Shown here: positions 14,106-26,800 of the stretch, piece after piece
Numbering within the stretch: position 1 is the stretch's first letter
How the letters are laid out: every line of letters begins with the position of its first letter
Assembly: GCA_051362555.1 (NCBI GenBank)
Contig: CM120640.1
Location: 68,240,788-68,304,787, forward strand
DNA from: Lingula anatina
Lineage: Eukaryota > Animalia > Brachiopoda
Direction of reading: 5' to 3'
Length of the DNA stretch: 64,000 nt
Made by a program: the position numbers and the translations under genes
The notes under the pieces: model-generated
What the model was told of the DNA's origin: nothing
Seen by the model: the letters and a program-made list of their open reading frames with translations, nothing else
The model's database searches: none

Positions 14106-14437
14106 TGATAAAGTTTCTCAAATGTTTTGTAGTAAAACAGTATAATGTGTGAAAATTTACATGTTAATACTAATTCTGGTCAGTATAATTTTACCAAACA
14201 TCTGTCCTAACAAGTAAAATTAAATCTTTTTTTTTTTTGTTCTCAGATGACCACAGAATGATGGTGGAGCCGGGTTGCGGTGCTGCATTAGCAGTAATCT
14301 ATACCGATATCCTCCACAAGCTGCAGGCAGAGAGGAAACTGGAGCAGGTGCACTCTGCCCTGGTGATAGTTTGTGGGGGCAGCACAGTCACAATGGAGCT
14401 AATGAACTCATGGAAAGCCCAATTTGGACTGGTCTGA
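8629..14437 (+). CDS. SDS: L-serine/threonine dehydratase (SDS/SDSL-like, PLP fold type II). Exons 8629-8784, 9440-9592, 9791-9866, 12109-12148, 12412-12521, 12968-13085, 13880-14004, 14247-14437
   Basis: LHVQTPLIES...VYLKLENCQPTGSFKIRGIG (PLP lysine), SSGGNSGLAAAYAARKLG, VHPFEHPDIWAGH, SVGGGGL glycine loop, VVAVETEGA, MMVEPGCGAALA, VIVCGGS. GT-AG in-frame splicing. SDS vs SDSL cannot be distinguished. Confidence 0.92.
9212..9345. mobile_element. Small MITE in SDS intron
   Basis: TAGTCCACGGATCAAATATGGTGCG at 9212 pairs with GCGCCATATTTGATCCGCAGACTA ending at 9345. Confidence 0.65.
10205..11860. mobile_element. Non-autonomous TIR DNA transposon with internal tandem repeat, in SDS intron
   Basis: AAGGACATGAAACGC (~10206) and GCGTTTCATGTCCTT (~11845) are inverted; subterminal ATGTGCGTTCGG (~10269) and CCGAACGCACAT (~11814) are also inverted. 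No transposase ORF. Confidence 0.7.
10836..11420. repeat. Tandem repeat, ~188-bp unit, ~3 copies
   Basis: Unit containing ACTTTCARTATGGGCTCTC...CACAAAAACGCACCTG...GTTGACATTAACACTGC...TCTGCTCCAGT recurs from ~10836, ~11022 and ~11211. Confidence 0.9.
12560..12777. mobile_element. MITE-like element (family A), copy 2
   Basis: AGACCCCATTCCCAGAGATTAGATCGATC ... GATTGATCTAAAATCTATGGGAAT termini. Inverted homologue of 7875-8131; left end matches 53878-54090. Confidence 0.7.
14073..14110. repeat. (AAT)n microsatellite
   Basis: About 10 AAT units followed by GAT units. Confidence 0.9.
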
Positions 14438-15412
14438 GGGCATCATGAATACATTATCAGAATTCTTTTTGTGTTAAAGCAAACTTTTATTGCCATATAA
14501 TGTAGTGTACAGATGGTAATCACTAGCTTTAAACCTAGATCAAATTTTGATTCAAAACAGACCTTTTTCCTGATAGTGTGGCTCCCCCCCTTCCAAACCC
14601 CACCTATGGTCCTGATTCTTGATGAATATCACATAATGTTCTATATAAATAATAATGTAGTTCATTAGAATAATGGAATGTATGTACTAAAGGCAAACAA
14701 GATGAACTAGAAAAGGTACAAGTCCAACAACTTTTAAAGGTGCCTTCATTTCTTTCAACTCAAGAAATGAGCATTTTTAATGAAGACTTTTTATCATTAT
14801 TAATTTTTTTTTTTTTCATTATTAATATTTTTTAATTATGAGGTGTATGAACCCTAGTCATGTGTTGGTAAAAAGTCGAATTTATTTTTTGCAAAAACAA
14901 CCCTCATATATGGTGAATTAGGTATTATATAGTCTAATGCGTAATGTTAAAAAAAAAATTCTTTCTAAAAGACTTATCCATAACTTATTTTGTGATCATT
15001 ATTTTCTGCTTTTTGTCTGTACATTTGAGGGCTTTGCTGGGTGCCTTGTTCATAGTCTCAAGTGTAATGATGTTAAAAAATATTTTTTCTAAGGAAACTT
15101 GTCTTTAAAGAGTCAGAAAAGCATGTTTAGTCTCTTTGGAAATGAGTCATTTTTTTACAATCAAGATATACATTTTACTTCCATCCTGGGCTGCAAAATG
15201 AATAGAATTTAAGTAAACTAATATTAGTAGGCCCTCAGTAAAATATACTAGTATTACTAGGTTTATGTGGAAATATATATTAATCTAGATGAGTAAAAGT
15301 TGGCCACAGTATTGATTCAAATGGATTGTATTAGATTAATACAATTTTTTCAATGGATATGTTACTAAAAACTATGGCAGAGAGAGAGCATGGGTCCATA
15401 AAAGGTGTAACA

Positions 15413-17261
15413 TTATTAGTACCACCAGCGTATACGCTGGCGGTACTCATGGTTTTAGTCCCGACCCGTCTCGTACAGCTCCGCCGGCTCCTGCGGCTCC
15501 ACAGTCGGGCGCCGGAAACAAGTCACCGTTACCGCTTCTCCTCCTAGACCGCCAGGACCTGTGTCCCCATCTCTTGGATTTAGGTCACATATGATCTCAA
15601 CTTGAACACCCTGGTTTTTTTGTCTCTGTCGGTGCATTGGCCTGGGCGTGACACTTGTTGAAACTCACCCTTGTCAAAATTTTTGAAAATTCAAGGCAAA
15701 ATATCTCCCAAACCAAAGGAATTATGGGAAAAATTACCACAGAAGCCTGACCGAAAGTCATATGTGGAGATTCCAAATATGCCCTTGGATTTGACTTTTG
15801 ACCTTTTTTTCAAGGTCAAACAAGCCAAAATTTTCTAAAAATGGGAATTTTCTGCAAAAAAATATTTGTTTGTGCTATTTTTTGGAAACTACACAGATCT
15901 AAGCTCTCCTGTTATAGTGAGGGGTTACAATTGGGGACTCTTTTCATCTTTGGGAGTTTGGGGTCAATCGGTGCATTTTCACGGGAGAAGCAGCCATTAG
16001 ATACCGAAACTGAAAACTTGCTTTTATTCTGGAATGGTAAATGCCAGAGACCTTTTGTTCATTGCATTTTGTAAAACTTGTCAAGTGCAATACTGAAGGT
16101 GGTGTCCATTTTTTTGTTTTAGATATGGTTTAGGCATTGCGCTATATCAAAAAGTACAACATCGCAATATTTAGTGGGGAAAATGTTAAATATTCCAAAA
16201 TTACCAGAGATATGCCCATAGTTACTATTGAACTTGAATAGGAAGTCATATACTGGTAATCTAACTGTGACCTTGAAATTGACCTTTGACCTACTTAATT
16301 TTCATGACGAACTGCACTTTGAAGTTTTCTGATCTTTATATCTCCAAAACTGGCAAAGATACGCCCATAGTTACTATTGAACCTGAATAGGAAGTTATAT
16401 ACAAGTAATCTAACTGTGACCTTTAAATTGACCTTTGACCTACTTTTCACCATGAACTGAACTTTGCAAATTTTCTAGCCCTTATATCTCCAAAACTGGC
16501 AGAGATACACCCATAGTTACTATTGAACTTTAATAGGAAGTTATATACTGGTAATCTAACTGTGACCTTTAAATTGACCTTTGACCTACTTTTCACCATG
16601 AACTGAACTTTGCAAATTTTCCATCCCTTATATCTCCAAAACTGGCAGAGATACACCCATAGTTACTGTTAAACTTGAATAGGAAGTCATATACTGGCAT
16701 TCTTATTGTGACCTTGAAATTGACCTTTGACCTACTTTTCAACATAAGCTGAACTTTGCAAATTTTTTTATCCCTTATATCTCGAAAACTGGCAGAGTTA
16801 GGTCCAAAGTTACTATTGAACTTGAATAGGAAGTCATATACTGGCAATCTTACTGTGACCTTGAAATTGACCTTTGACCTACTATTTATGATGAACTGCA
16901 CTTTGCTTGTTTCCTGGCCTTCATATCTCCAACATTGGCAAAGAAATGCCCATAGCTACTATTGAACTTATATAGGAAGTCATATACTGTGACCTTGAAA
17001 TTGACCTTTGACCCACTTTTTACCACAAACTGAACTCTTCATATTTTCTTGCCCTTCATATCTTCAAAACTAGCAGAGATCTGCCCAGTGTTGTCCCTAG
17101 GTTTTCTCTTTTGTCAGCATACCTGTATATGCAATACTGATAATGCATTTCAAGGAAAACCAATAGGCCTATTGTCTAGAAAATCACAGGAGTGATCAGT
17201 GTTAGGAAAATACAGGTCAATTTGAACATCTCCTTGATTGGACCATTATGTTATGTTTTTT

Positions 17262-17307
<46 letters not shown>

Positions 17308-17477
17308 ATATTTTGAGAACTCTTGTTTATTGCATTTTATAGAACTTGTCAAGCACAAGACTGGTGGTGGTGTCCAATTTTTTTTTTGGTGGGGGGGGGG
17401 GGGGGGGCATACGAATGTGCTTACTCCAGCTGGTGGTACAATATCCAGAGGCGGTATCGCCTCTCTGATCCTCTAGT
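15413..17477 (+). mobile_element. Non-autonomous Helentron/Helitron-type element (HINE/DINE-1-like), copy 1
   Basis: 5' palindrome GTACCACCAGCG-TATA-CGCTGGCGGTAC (15419-15446); 3' sub-TIR GCTGGTGGTAC (~17429); 3' hairpin GAGGCGGTATCGCCTC; terminal CTAGT (17473-17477); internal tandem array; homologous inverted copy at 48603-50710. Confidence 0.85.
16200..17085. repeat. ~146-bp tandem array (~6 units) inside HINE copy 1
   Basis: Unit CCCATAGTTACTATTGAACTTGAATAGGAAGTCATATACTGG...TGTGACCTTGAAATTGACCTTTGACCTACTTTTCACCATGAACTGAACTTTGC...TATATCTCCAAAACTGGCAGAGA; TGACCTTTGACC recurs at ~16280, 16429, 16575, 16721, 16868 and ~17002. Confidence 0.93.
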
Positions 17478-18637
17478 CTTACATTATCATCATCCTTTGC
17501 CCTTTGGGCAGAATATGGCAGCAGCAACAGCAGCATGTTTAGACCAGAGTTGTTTCTGCCTGTCTCATTATTGCAAGGAACTTGGACCAGTATCATTCAT
17601 GACGGTGTCAGAGTAAGTTGCATTTGGACTGCCTCTGTTTAGCCTTACCTCCAGATGGTGTCCAAAATATGAATTTGGAGACTGGTTTACCTAAAGTGCA
17701 GGCGACGACAAATAAGTATTCCCAATACCAGAATAAAACAGTGCATCTATTGTAGAGAAAAAGGTTCAGATGTGTTTTTCATTTGTGTTGAACAGGATTG
17801 CCTTCTACCAGGGGTTTTCTTAGTATTCTCTATAGCTGTTACAAAAATCAGAGATCAGGCATTTGTGATCAGGTGGGGGTAGTTCTATAGGAGTGAATGA
17901 CTTGATCATGTCAAATCCCTCAGGGGTCTTCCATCCAATTTTGTAAAAGGGATGAATTTGAAAGACTATTGAATAAAAGTAAAAGTATGTTTTTTTAAAC
18001 GCATACGTAATATTGGGGGCATTGCTTAAAGAAACTATTTTACTGACATTATTCACTGAATTTTAACAGTAAACAGGCTTTGGCATCATTTGTAACGAAA
18101 AGGCTGAAATTTGTAGAATTATAGATGTGTTATAAATATATAATATTTACAGTTAAACTGAACCGATTGGGAATTTTACCCATTGTGTTGACTATTTCGT
18201 AACAGTGACATTCATCACACCTACCGCAATTGTGGTCTGAAACTCCACTGCGGGTTACTATACTGATTATGTTGACTATCGTTTCCGTGAACGTTTTAAC
18301 AGAGGCCAGGGTGACTGGATACGGTTACATTGATGTCATATCAAACCACATCCAAGCACAATCACTGCCTAACACATTCAGCTTCTGGAATTCAGCTATC
18401 CAGCATAGCGGTGCTGCGAAACATAATCATTTTCTATCAGCATTCGAGATCGGGGTGTAATGCGATGGACTGAACTGACAGTCTGTTTCTGTCTGTTTCT
18501 TGCAAAACTTTCAATGCCCAGTCCCACATGTCAGTTATTAAGATATGTAAGTCCTATTCACATTTGTAAAAGAAAGTAGGTAGCTAACTATCCCACTACA
18601 GGACCTTCCAACAACACCCAGACTAATATAGTGTAAA

Positions 18638-18903
18638 CAGTGGCGGATTTAGGGGGGTGTCAGTGGGGCCCCGATTCTCCTTAGGTTTCTGAAATAAATA
18701 TATCATATCAACATTCCCCTCTTGATATTAGAATTTTGGAGAGCTGAATCATAGTTCTAAACTGCACCAAATGGCACCGCTTGCCCTCCAAAACACCGAA
18801 CCCCACACCAAGGGGGAAAGAGTCGGCTTCGCATCCGAGGCCTGAACGTCATTCTTAAAAAAAAAGACCCCTCCCCCTTCAAAAAACCCTGGACCCGCCC
18901 CTG
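18638..18903. mobile_element. hAT-like MITE
   Basis: CAGTGGCGGATTTAGGGGGG at 18638 and CCCTGGACCCGCCCCTG ending at 18903 form imperfect CAG...CTG TIRs. No clear TSD. Confidence 0.6.
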
Positions 18904-19649
18904 GAAAAGGCACCCTCTTCACAAGAGAACAATGAATGATTCACGGAATCGCTAAAATAGACATTGATTTCACATGGTATCAAAGAGATTAGAATTTTTT
19001 CACAATATGGTACAAAGAAGCGCTCAATTATTAAGCATATATGCTCGGGCATAAGAGCCTCAAAACATGCTGGATCACAGAATTCTTCACAGCCGCAAAA
19101 AGCTGTCGTATAAAGACTGCATCAAACTGGGATATTTCATATTTGTCTCTTTGAATTATTGGTAAATTCAAATTTATCAATAAATTAACTTTTTGGTCCT
19201 TTTATTTTTGAACTACTAAAGTTAGTACACCGTTGAAAAGGTATGCAAATTGTATGAAACAAACTTTATAGATATAACTAGATTTAGCAAGATGGTATAG
19301 GTGGTACGCCTTTCTCTTTAACATCACTGACATTTTTTCTTTCAGTTTTTTAATTCATTAACTTATTTATCTCTTTGATTTCAGACTTGCCAAGAGGAGT
19401 TAAATATTGGGCCTGATTAAAATACCACTTGAGATGGGGGTGGTTGAGGGGTCCATATTGATATGAACCAGTCAGTATGACTATGCTATGGAAAAAAAAA
19501 AAAAAAAAAAAAAAAAAAACGACCGTCATTAGGCCCCTACTGGACTTTTTATATTATAGGACTAAACAAAACTTTACTTCATGAAAAAGTGTATGTAGAG
19601 AATATATGAAGTTTGGCATTCTCGACTTGCAATAGCATTCTGCTGCAAT

Positions 19650-20700
19650 GTCGACTAAAATAAAACACTGACCAAATGTTTTGCATAGTAACAGGTACCA
19701 AGGCGGTCTCCAGTTTATCTCTTCGGCTCATACAAGATGCGTCGGCTGCTATTGCTCCTGCTGCCCTCTTGCGGGCTTAGTTTATTCAGTCAAACTGTAT
19801 GCATAGGGAAGATGTTTTATAACGGGAACAGCCTTTTCTATGCGTTTTCCTCACTATTTTACTATCTATAAAGTTAAAATTCTCATCCTAGCTCACGAAA
19901 ATAATTTCAAATTCATTAGGAATCTTCTTGCAATGCGATAAACTACAGGAGGACTTTTTCCGCATAAGCACACAACATCTGGTCTGCGAAGAGAAATTGA
20001 GTAAATATGATTGCGTGCTCAATAATATGAAATTGTCCTAAGGGATGACGTCAGTACCCAAACCCTTGCAGCGTATTAAGGCTGTTACATTTACTCCCCG
20101 TCATGTTTTTAAGTGTATTTTTTCTTTTTCAGATAACTTCTGTCGATGGTGCAATAACAGTAGATTACCACAAGCAGTTTCTTTACAATTTAAAGGGTAA
20201 TACTCAGTTTGCCTAAGTCTAAAGTGAAAGTCCTTGTTTATCAGCCAGGTGTTCAGAGGGCGGCTGACAGAACAGCTAATTGCAATGGCAGAATTGAAAA
20301 GAATGCCTCGGACGCCTTACTCACCACCGATCGTCTCTTCCGCCAAAGTGGACAATTTACGTTAAAGAATCCCTAAATTTCTTTAACTTCTGACGTCTGC
20401 TTTTTATGAGAAATTGTATAGGTAGAAACTATTTGTGATTGAAAGGAAGAGTAAAGGAGGGGAAAAGCAGTGCGTAAGAATCAAATGGACGTTATCGGAA
20501 AGTATCTAGGTTGCGTATGAATTCCCGTACTAATCTCCTGTATTCCCGCTATTGATGTGTAGCACATAATAGCTTGTGTATGATAAAACCATGCTGCCAT
20601 TAGGCGAAGTTTTACCCATAGCTGAGCAGTGACCCAGTTAAACTCACGTGTGTTCCAAGTTTTCCAAGTGATCGGGAAGACTCGGGATGGAGTAGGGTGA
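19650..20700 (+). promoter_or_regulatory. Putative ARID1 promoter / 5' UTR region
   Basis: CpG-enriched region upstream of the first coding exon (acceptor TTTTTAG at 20839); full CRE palindrome TGACGTCA at 20046-20053. Confidence 0.4.
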
Positions 20701-20857
20701 GATCTAAATATGTTTATCTTACTTTTCCTGGCCTTTTTTCATAGGGTGTGCTCTCTAGAACTCTGTGCACGATTACTTGTCATTCAGAACAAAAAGGACA
20801 CTTTGATTAGACTCTGCACTTGTGTACTCTTCTTTTTAGGGGTACTGTGAACGGAGG

Positions 20858-23800
20858 ATGGATTCCGTAAGTTTAGAGGATGGACCGGCCCCTATGATGA
20901 TGAACAATAAACTCCGATCGCCGCAGCAAAATAATGACTCTAATAACAGCACAATGGACTCCTTCCAAGATGGAGGACAGCAAAATATGACTGATAATAC
21001 GAATGACTTTCCTTCTAATTTAGAGGCCCCACATATGAATGCAGACTCAAATAGTTTTCCACAGAGTGGCGGAGATGCCGGGGGAGGGCCTCAGTATTTC
21101 AACATGAAGCCCGATGGGTTAAATCCGGGACAAATGCACGGGTACAACAACTCGTACAACAACAGGGGTCATATGGAACAACATGGCGGAAACGGAGAAT
21201 TCTCGCCTCAGACTAACCAATACGGACAGTATGGACAGCAGATGAGATCTGGTTACCCTCCAGGCATGAGAGGCCCTGTCCCTGTCCAGGGGCGTCCCAT
21301 GAGCAATATGAACCAAGGCCCCCCTCAGTACGGTGCTGGCCCTCAGAGATTCCCAAGCATGAGTGGACAAAGCATATCTCAACAGGCAGGGCCAACCCCA
21401 ACTCTAAATCAACTTCTACAGTCTAATAGTCCTGCCAACCAGCAGCAGACCCCACAACAGCGCTACCAGAACAATTTCAATGGGGGGATGGGAGAAATGG
21501 TGCCAGGCAGTGGGAGTCCTTCTTATGGCCAACCCCAAAACTGGCCCACAGGGAACAGGGGGATGAACTCTTTTGGGCCACAGGGACCCATGCCATCACA
21601 AGGATTCCGTAATCAGGTAAATAACCAACTATGAGTGAACTTGCTTCATGTATAACTATTTTTAAGTGAGGATATTTCAGTGGTTTTATAAGAAAAATGG
21701 TAGGATTTTGATTGTCATCCTGTAAACTTTGGTCATGGTTAAAATGATGTGCTGTTTCTATCCATGGGTAATTCTACAGTGAGTGATATACCAAACATGT
21801 GCTGTCATGTTTGCTTGAGTGTCTGAGAAGGGATTTAAATTTGGAGGCAAAATGCTTTGCTTTGAAGACAGCTGGTTGATTGTGCTAATGCCCTTTCCTG
21901 ATTGGCTGCTTGTTCCTGCTAAACAATCAATTAATCTTGGTTGTCATAAAAGGTGCCCATTCATCAACTATCTACAACCTAGTTGTCCAATTTACTATAG
22001 ACTGGCTTTTTATTTTCATTCATGTTTTTTTTTTCTTGGGAGGTTTGAAAATCTATAATGTGTGATTTGTGGGTAATTTATTTTCATTTAATGAATTTTT
22101 ACAGAAAATACCCAATTTCTGTACACAACCTATAGAGATGACACATCTTGTCTCTCAGTGAATAATATAAGTGAGTTATACAAGAGATGTATAGTGTTAA
22201 TACATGATTGGTCACTGAAAATATAGAGTTAACAGAATAGTTTGCGTGTTTCTTCATTTGTTATAGCAAATAGTAAGGTGCTTTTCTTATTAGAGAGAAG
22301 TTGTAGGATATACAACATCTGGTCCCAAAAGATAAAACATTTAAGTGTGTAACATGTATTTGTATGCATTTGGGATATTCATTTGAAGTGAAACCTGGTT
22401 ATTATGTCGCAGTTTTTAAAATATTTGTATTCTTAAACTTGAAGGAGTGGAGGCCATATAAATATCACCAGAATAACTCACTCAAATACAGTTTTGTTCA
22501 ATTTTTATCTATATTTATCATTAAAAAACTGAGTTCCATGTATTAGTTATTAATGCCATATTTGTGTTTGTGTGTCAAGATGCACATGAGTGCCATATTA
22601 AGATATGATTTTATATGGTTGAAAAATGCCCAATAAATGTTTACAGTTTAAAGATAACAAAAATTCTAGCACATGGTGTAGGAAACCTTATCAACCATAC
22701 AGCTGGAGTCTTGATCTAGAGACTGAAATCTGTCATGAGTAGTTGCCCAGTTATAGCATGTTTGGTACTTCAAATTTAAGCAAAAAGGGCATGTTCAGTT
22801 TAGCGTGCATGGTAAAACAGCAAGCAAAATAATGTGCCACAAGTGATAGAAATTTAGTTTGAAGAATTTATATTGTCATTGCTAATTTTTGTATCAGAAT
22901 TTATAGTGTATTGTAGAAAATCCCACAAAAAGATAAAGCAATTTATGAATAGAAAAATTAAAAAAAGTGATATATTATTGAGTGAGATAACATTCCAGTA
23001 GCTGTCTTCTTAAGTGTTGTTTTATATGGAGCTTTAAATGATCATCTGTTACAAGTTTGAATTCATAAAAGAATTTAAAAAAGAAGGCTAAAATTATTTC
23101 CTTTTTACAACAATCACAATCACAACAATCAGAGAGTTGTCCTTTTTCATATTTAATGAATTCAATAATGTTTACAATTTACCCTAAAATTGTCTATGTG
23201 ACTCTTTTTTTGTAAGAAGGCAAAATGTACAAAAAGTCCAAGAATACTGTTTATTATAAAATCTTCAATTTAATCACAAAAAAGTGGATTCATGAATTTG
23301 CCTTTATTTTAGTAAAAATTAAAGTAAAATATTAATCAAATTGATACGCATGATGTATTAATAGAAGATGCACATTTCATAATTAGGATCTCAGGAAATA
23401 TACTTTGTTTTGATGCTGACAGCCATGACAGTTTTGTTTTAAAATTTGAACTGAAAATGAAACTGCATTCTTTTTACATTTAAAGTTTGTGGGTGGAAGC
23501 CAGGGCCCAGTAATGGTAGCAAATGTGTTTGCTCTGGCAGGGAATTATGCTAATTAGCCATGTGCTTTTATACCGGCTCATTGACAAACAGGGCTAAAAA
23601 TATCCCTACATTTACACTCATTGATTGTAAGTGATAACAAAAACTCCTTGTACTTAATCCACCAGTGTATTGTAATAATTACTTAAGACTTGCAATGTGT
23701 ACATTTTGACCTCTTTATTATGATAAATCATGAGGCATGCTGTGATACGGTAATACTCTCCTCACTGGGCCAGGATTGGCCAGGTGAAAATGACTTTTGT

Positions 23801-26800
23801 TGTTATTGGTGTTTGAAATCTATTTTCGATTCATCATTTGAAAGGTTTGCTTTGTAATTGAACATGTGGCTTTTTGTGAATGAATAGTGGAGCACCTAGC
23901 ATGGCTGACCTCTTTTCTTAAAAGGTAACTTGACAGCAGGTTGGCGGCTCTGTTTACATGATACAAGCGTGGTTCTTATTATAGCATTCAATCAAATAGC
24001 ACCAGTATGTTTTAAAAAGGAAAGGGGTTTCCTGACCTTTTGTTTTGTAATTGATAACCTTGCACTTAGTAACCAGGTTGACATGAGCTGGATACATGGG
24101 GGAAAGTAGGAAGTGGAAAGATCACTCAAGCAGGCAGTATTATGGAGTAACATTTATCAGTTTCATTCATAAAAGCCACCTGTCTGAAACACAGGAATGT
24201 CAATTGGCCTAGGCTGTTTTCAGGTGTCCGACCTTGGAAAGTAGTACCTGTAAACACCTGACATTCTCACCTGCAAGAACACACTTATAGAATCATAATG
24301 GGTAACAAGGGGGCTTGCTTGCACCATACGTATATCTGTGAGTTTTATTTGGTGGTTACAATCTTTTAAGAAATCAGTGTGAATTTTGCAAGCACGAAGC
24401 ATATTTAATTATTTTTTTTGCAAAAGTTCTGAACACGGTCGTCATAATTTCAGGGTGGTGGTCAAATGTTTGATCCAAGTCAGCGTCGTTCTATGAACAT
24501 GCCACCGGGCTACCCAGGTAACCAATATGGCGACTCCCAACTTTCACCTAACTCTCAGCGCTTCCCAGTGCAGTCACAAGGCCATGGTCGCATGGGGCAG
24601 ATGGGCATGGGCAACCAGGCATACGGCCAGGTAAAGACATATGTTCAAATTGAATATGTGTGGTCACTTTGTGTTGTTTGAATGTATGATTGAGATGTAC
24701 AGGCATGGTGTGCATTTAAATATGATCTTTTACTGTTATATGTATTTTCCTGAGCATACAAAAATCAGAATCTTGACAATCACATCAGAATAAAGCTGCA
24801 TAATTTCACCTGAAAAGGTTAATAGACTATTCTGCTTTCTGCAGATGCCTTCTCAGTATAATTTGGCAAATCAGATGGGCTATGGCCAACATCCGACTCA
24901 GCAATACATACAACCGCCGCAGTCCCAGCAGCAGCAACATCATCAGTCTTATATGCAACAAATGCCAAATCAATCTGTGAACTCTCAGGTACAGAACAAA
25001 TCTATACCTTTTGTTCCAACCTGTATCTCTAGTCCAGCTACTGTGCTGCATGGGGCATGCTGATTGTTTGCTTGATGGAGACTGCTTCCATCTGTGACCA
25101 GCCAGTGCATGCTTGTATTTCTTTTTTGCTGCTTGTTGTGTCTTTTGTATGATTCCCTATCTAAGAACCTTGTAGTTGGTGATTATAAAATTATACTTCC
25201 CCAAAAGACCTACCACGATTTCTTGGTTTTGCAAGATATAGTGGAATAATGAATATAGATTGATTCCAAGACATCTGACCAATAAACTGACTAATGGGTA
25301 AATAAAAAATGCTTTCTGATAACTATGTTTGATTTAAAAGAAATGATGATACTAAAGTTAAAATGAACACATGTTTGTGTGATAGAAGCGTGGGTCTGAA
25401 GTGTATCTCATCATACTATTCTTCTGCACATTGCACTAACCTCACTTCAAGTGTATTAAAAAAAATAAGTGCTCAGAAAGAGTTCATGATAAAACCATAT
25501 TATCATAGAAATATTATTGTCATAGCATTTTCAACACAAACTGTGTCTTTGTATCAGACCCAGGGATCTGTTCCAAGTTACAAGGGCACTGGATATAGTT
25601 TTAAAACGCTAATTCATTGCATGATGCCAGATGTAGTAGACTATGCACTGTGACTTTTACATTATCTCTCAGACTACTTTTTATTTTATTGAAAGTATCC
25701 ATTGTGGCATTTGCTTTCAAATGTCTCTGGTTTAACAATTGCATAAGTTTTGTTTGGTAAATGGTTCCCTGGGCCTGCGTGGGGGTAGGGGTTACATTCT
25801 TGGTATTATGGTCCTCCTAAACTTTGCAGGCATATGTTGCCACCAGGACACCAAACAATGGTAAAATGGTCCTTCAACAAGATGGAGATCTACCGGTAAG
25901 AAAGAAAGTGCTTGCTTTGATAATCTGAGAAATTACATGTTGATGTGGATTGCAGTGCGATTATTGAGTATGATTATGAGTCGAGGCAATGAAAAAAAAA
26001 ACAAACTGCAAGCAGATAAGCTGAGATGTCCCTACCCCTCTGCAAAGATTAAATTCATGATATAAGACATGGTCTTTTTATGTTAAATCTTTTCTCTAGA
26101 GTTGTTTCTGCTTTTATTTATTGGCTTTGACTTTGTTGAGAATATATGTTCTTGTAGATTTGAACTATGGGGCTTTGCTTCAGAATTTTTCTTTTGTATA
26201 TTTTTGCATGTTTGATATCTTGTGCATCAAAATGTGAATTTTCAAAACTTAAAAAATTCTCCACCATATTGGAATGATGAGTATTTTATTGTTATAGACA
26301 GTTAATGGTATTTACAAATGTGTGATTGTGCTGGCTTAGTGGCTATGTTGTTTAGGTGATCTCCCTTCTCTAGCAGACGATTAGAATTTTTCTACCTATG
26401 TTGTGCCACTAATTAACCTTATTGATTAACTAGAGAATGAATAAATGTCAAACAAACTACTACATTTCAATAAAACATACAAAAGTAAATAAATCAAATT
26501 TATGTAAAAAATGTATCTGTAAATAACTTGCAATTTGTGTAAAAATACATATCAGATGAATTGAGAAAAGCGGCAAAATTCAAAACTGCCTTTGTGCTAA
26601 GACTTAGTCATATGTACAACAGAAAGAATGCTCCCTTGCTTTGCACGCAGCTTAACCAAGCAGTCGGGACTACTTTCCATGCAAATTCATCCGACCTATA
26701 AATAAACTATGATATGGAATGGAAAATGTCCACAATAAAACCTCCCTTTAAGCACCTCCATGAAAAGATGCTAGTAAACTGCCTTCAAACTTTGTGTGCC

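Noticed and set aside
16447-16965. ORFs with repeated peptides (SRSKVNFKVTVRLPVYDFLFKF), also at 48912-49109
   Set aside because: These are chance translations of the tandem monomer; frames shift between units.
16200-17085. Regularly spaced repeats as a possible CRISPR array
   Set aside because: The whole ~146-bp unit repeats with no unique spacers, there are no cas genes, and the context is eukaryotic. It is a tandem array inside a HINE.
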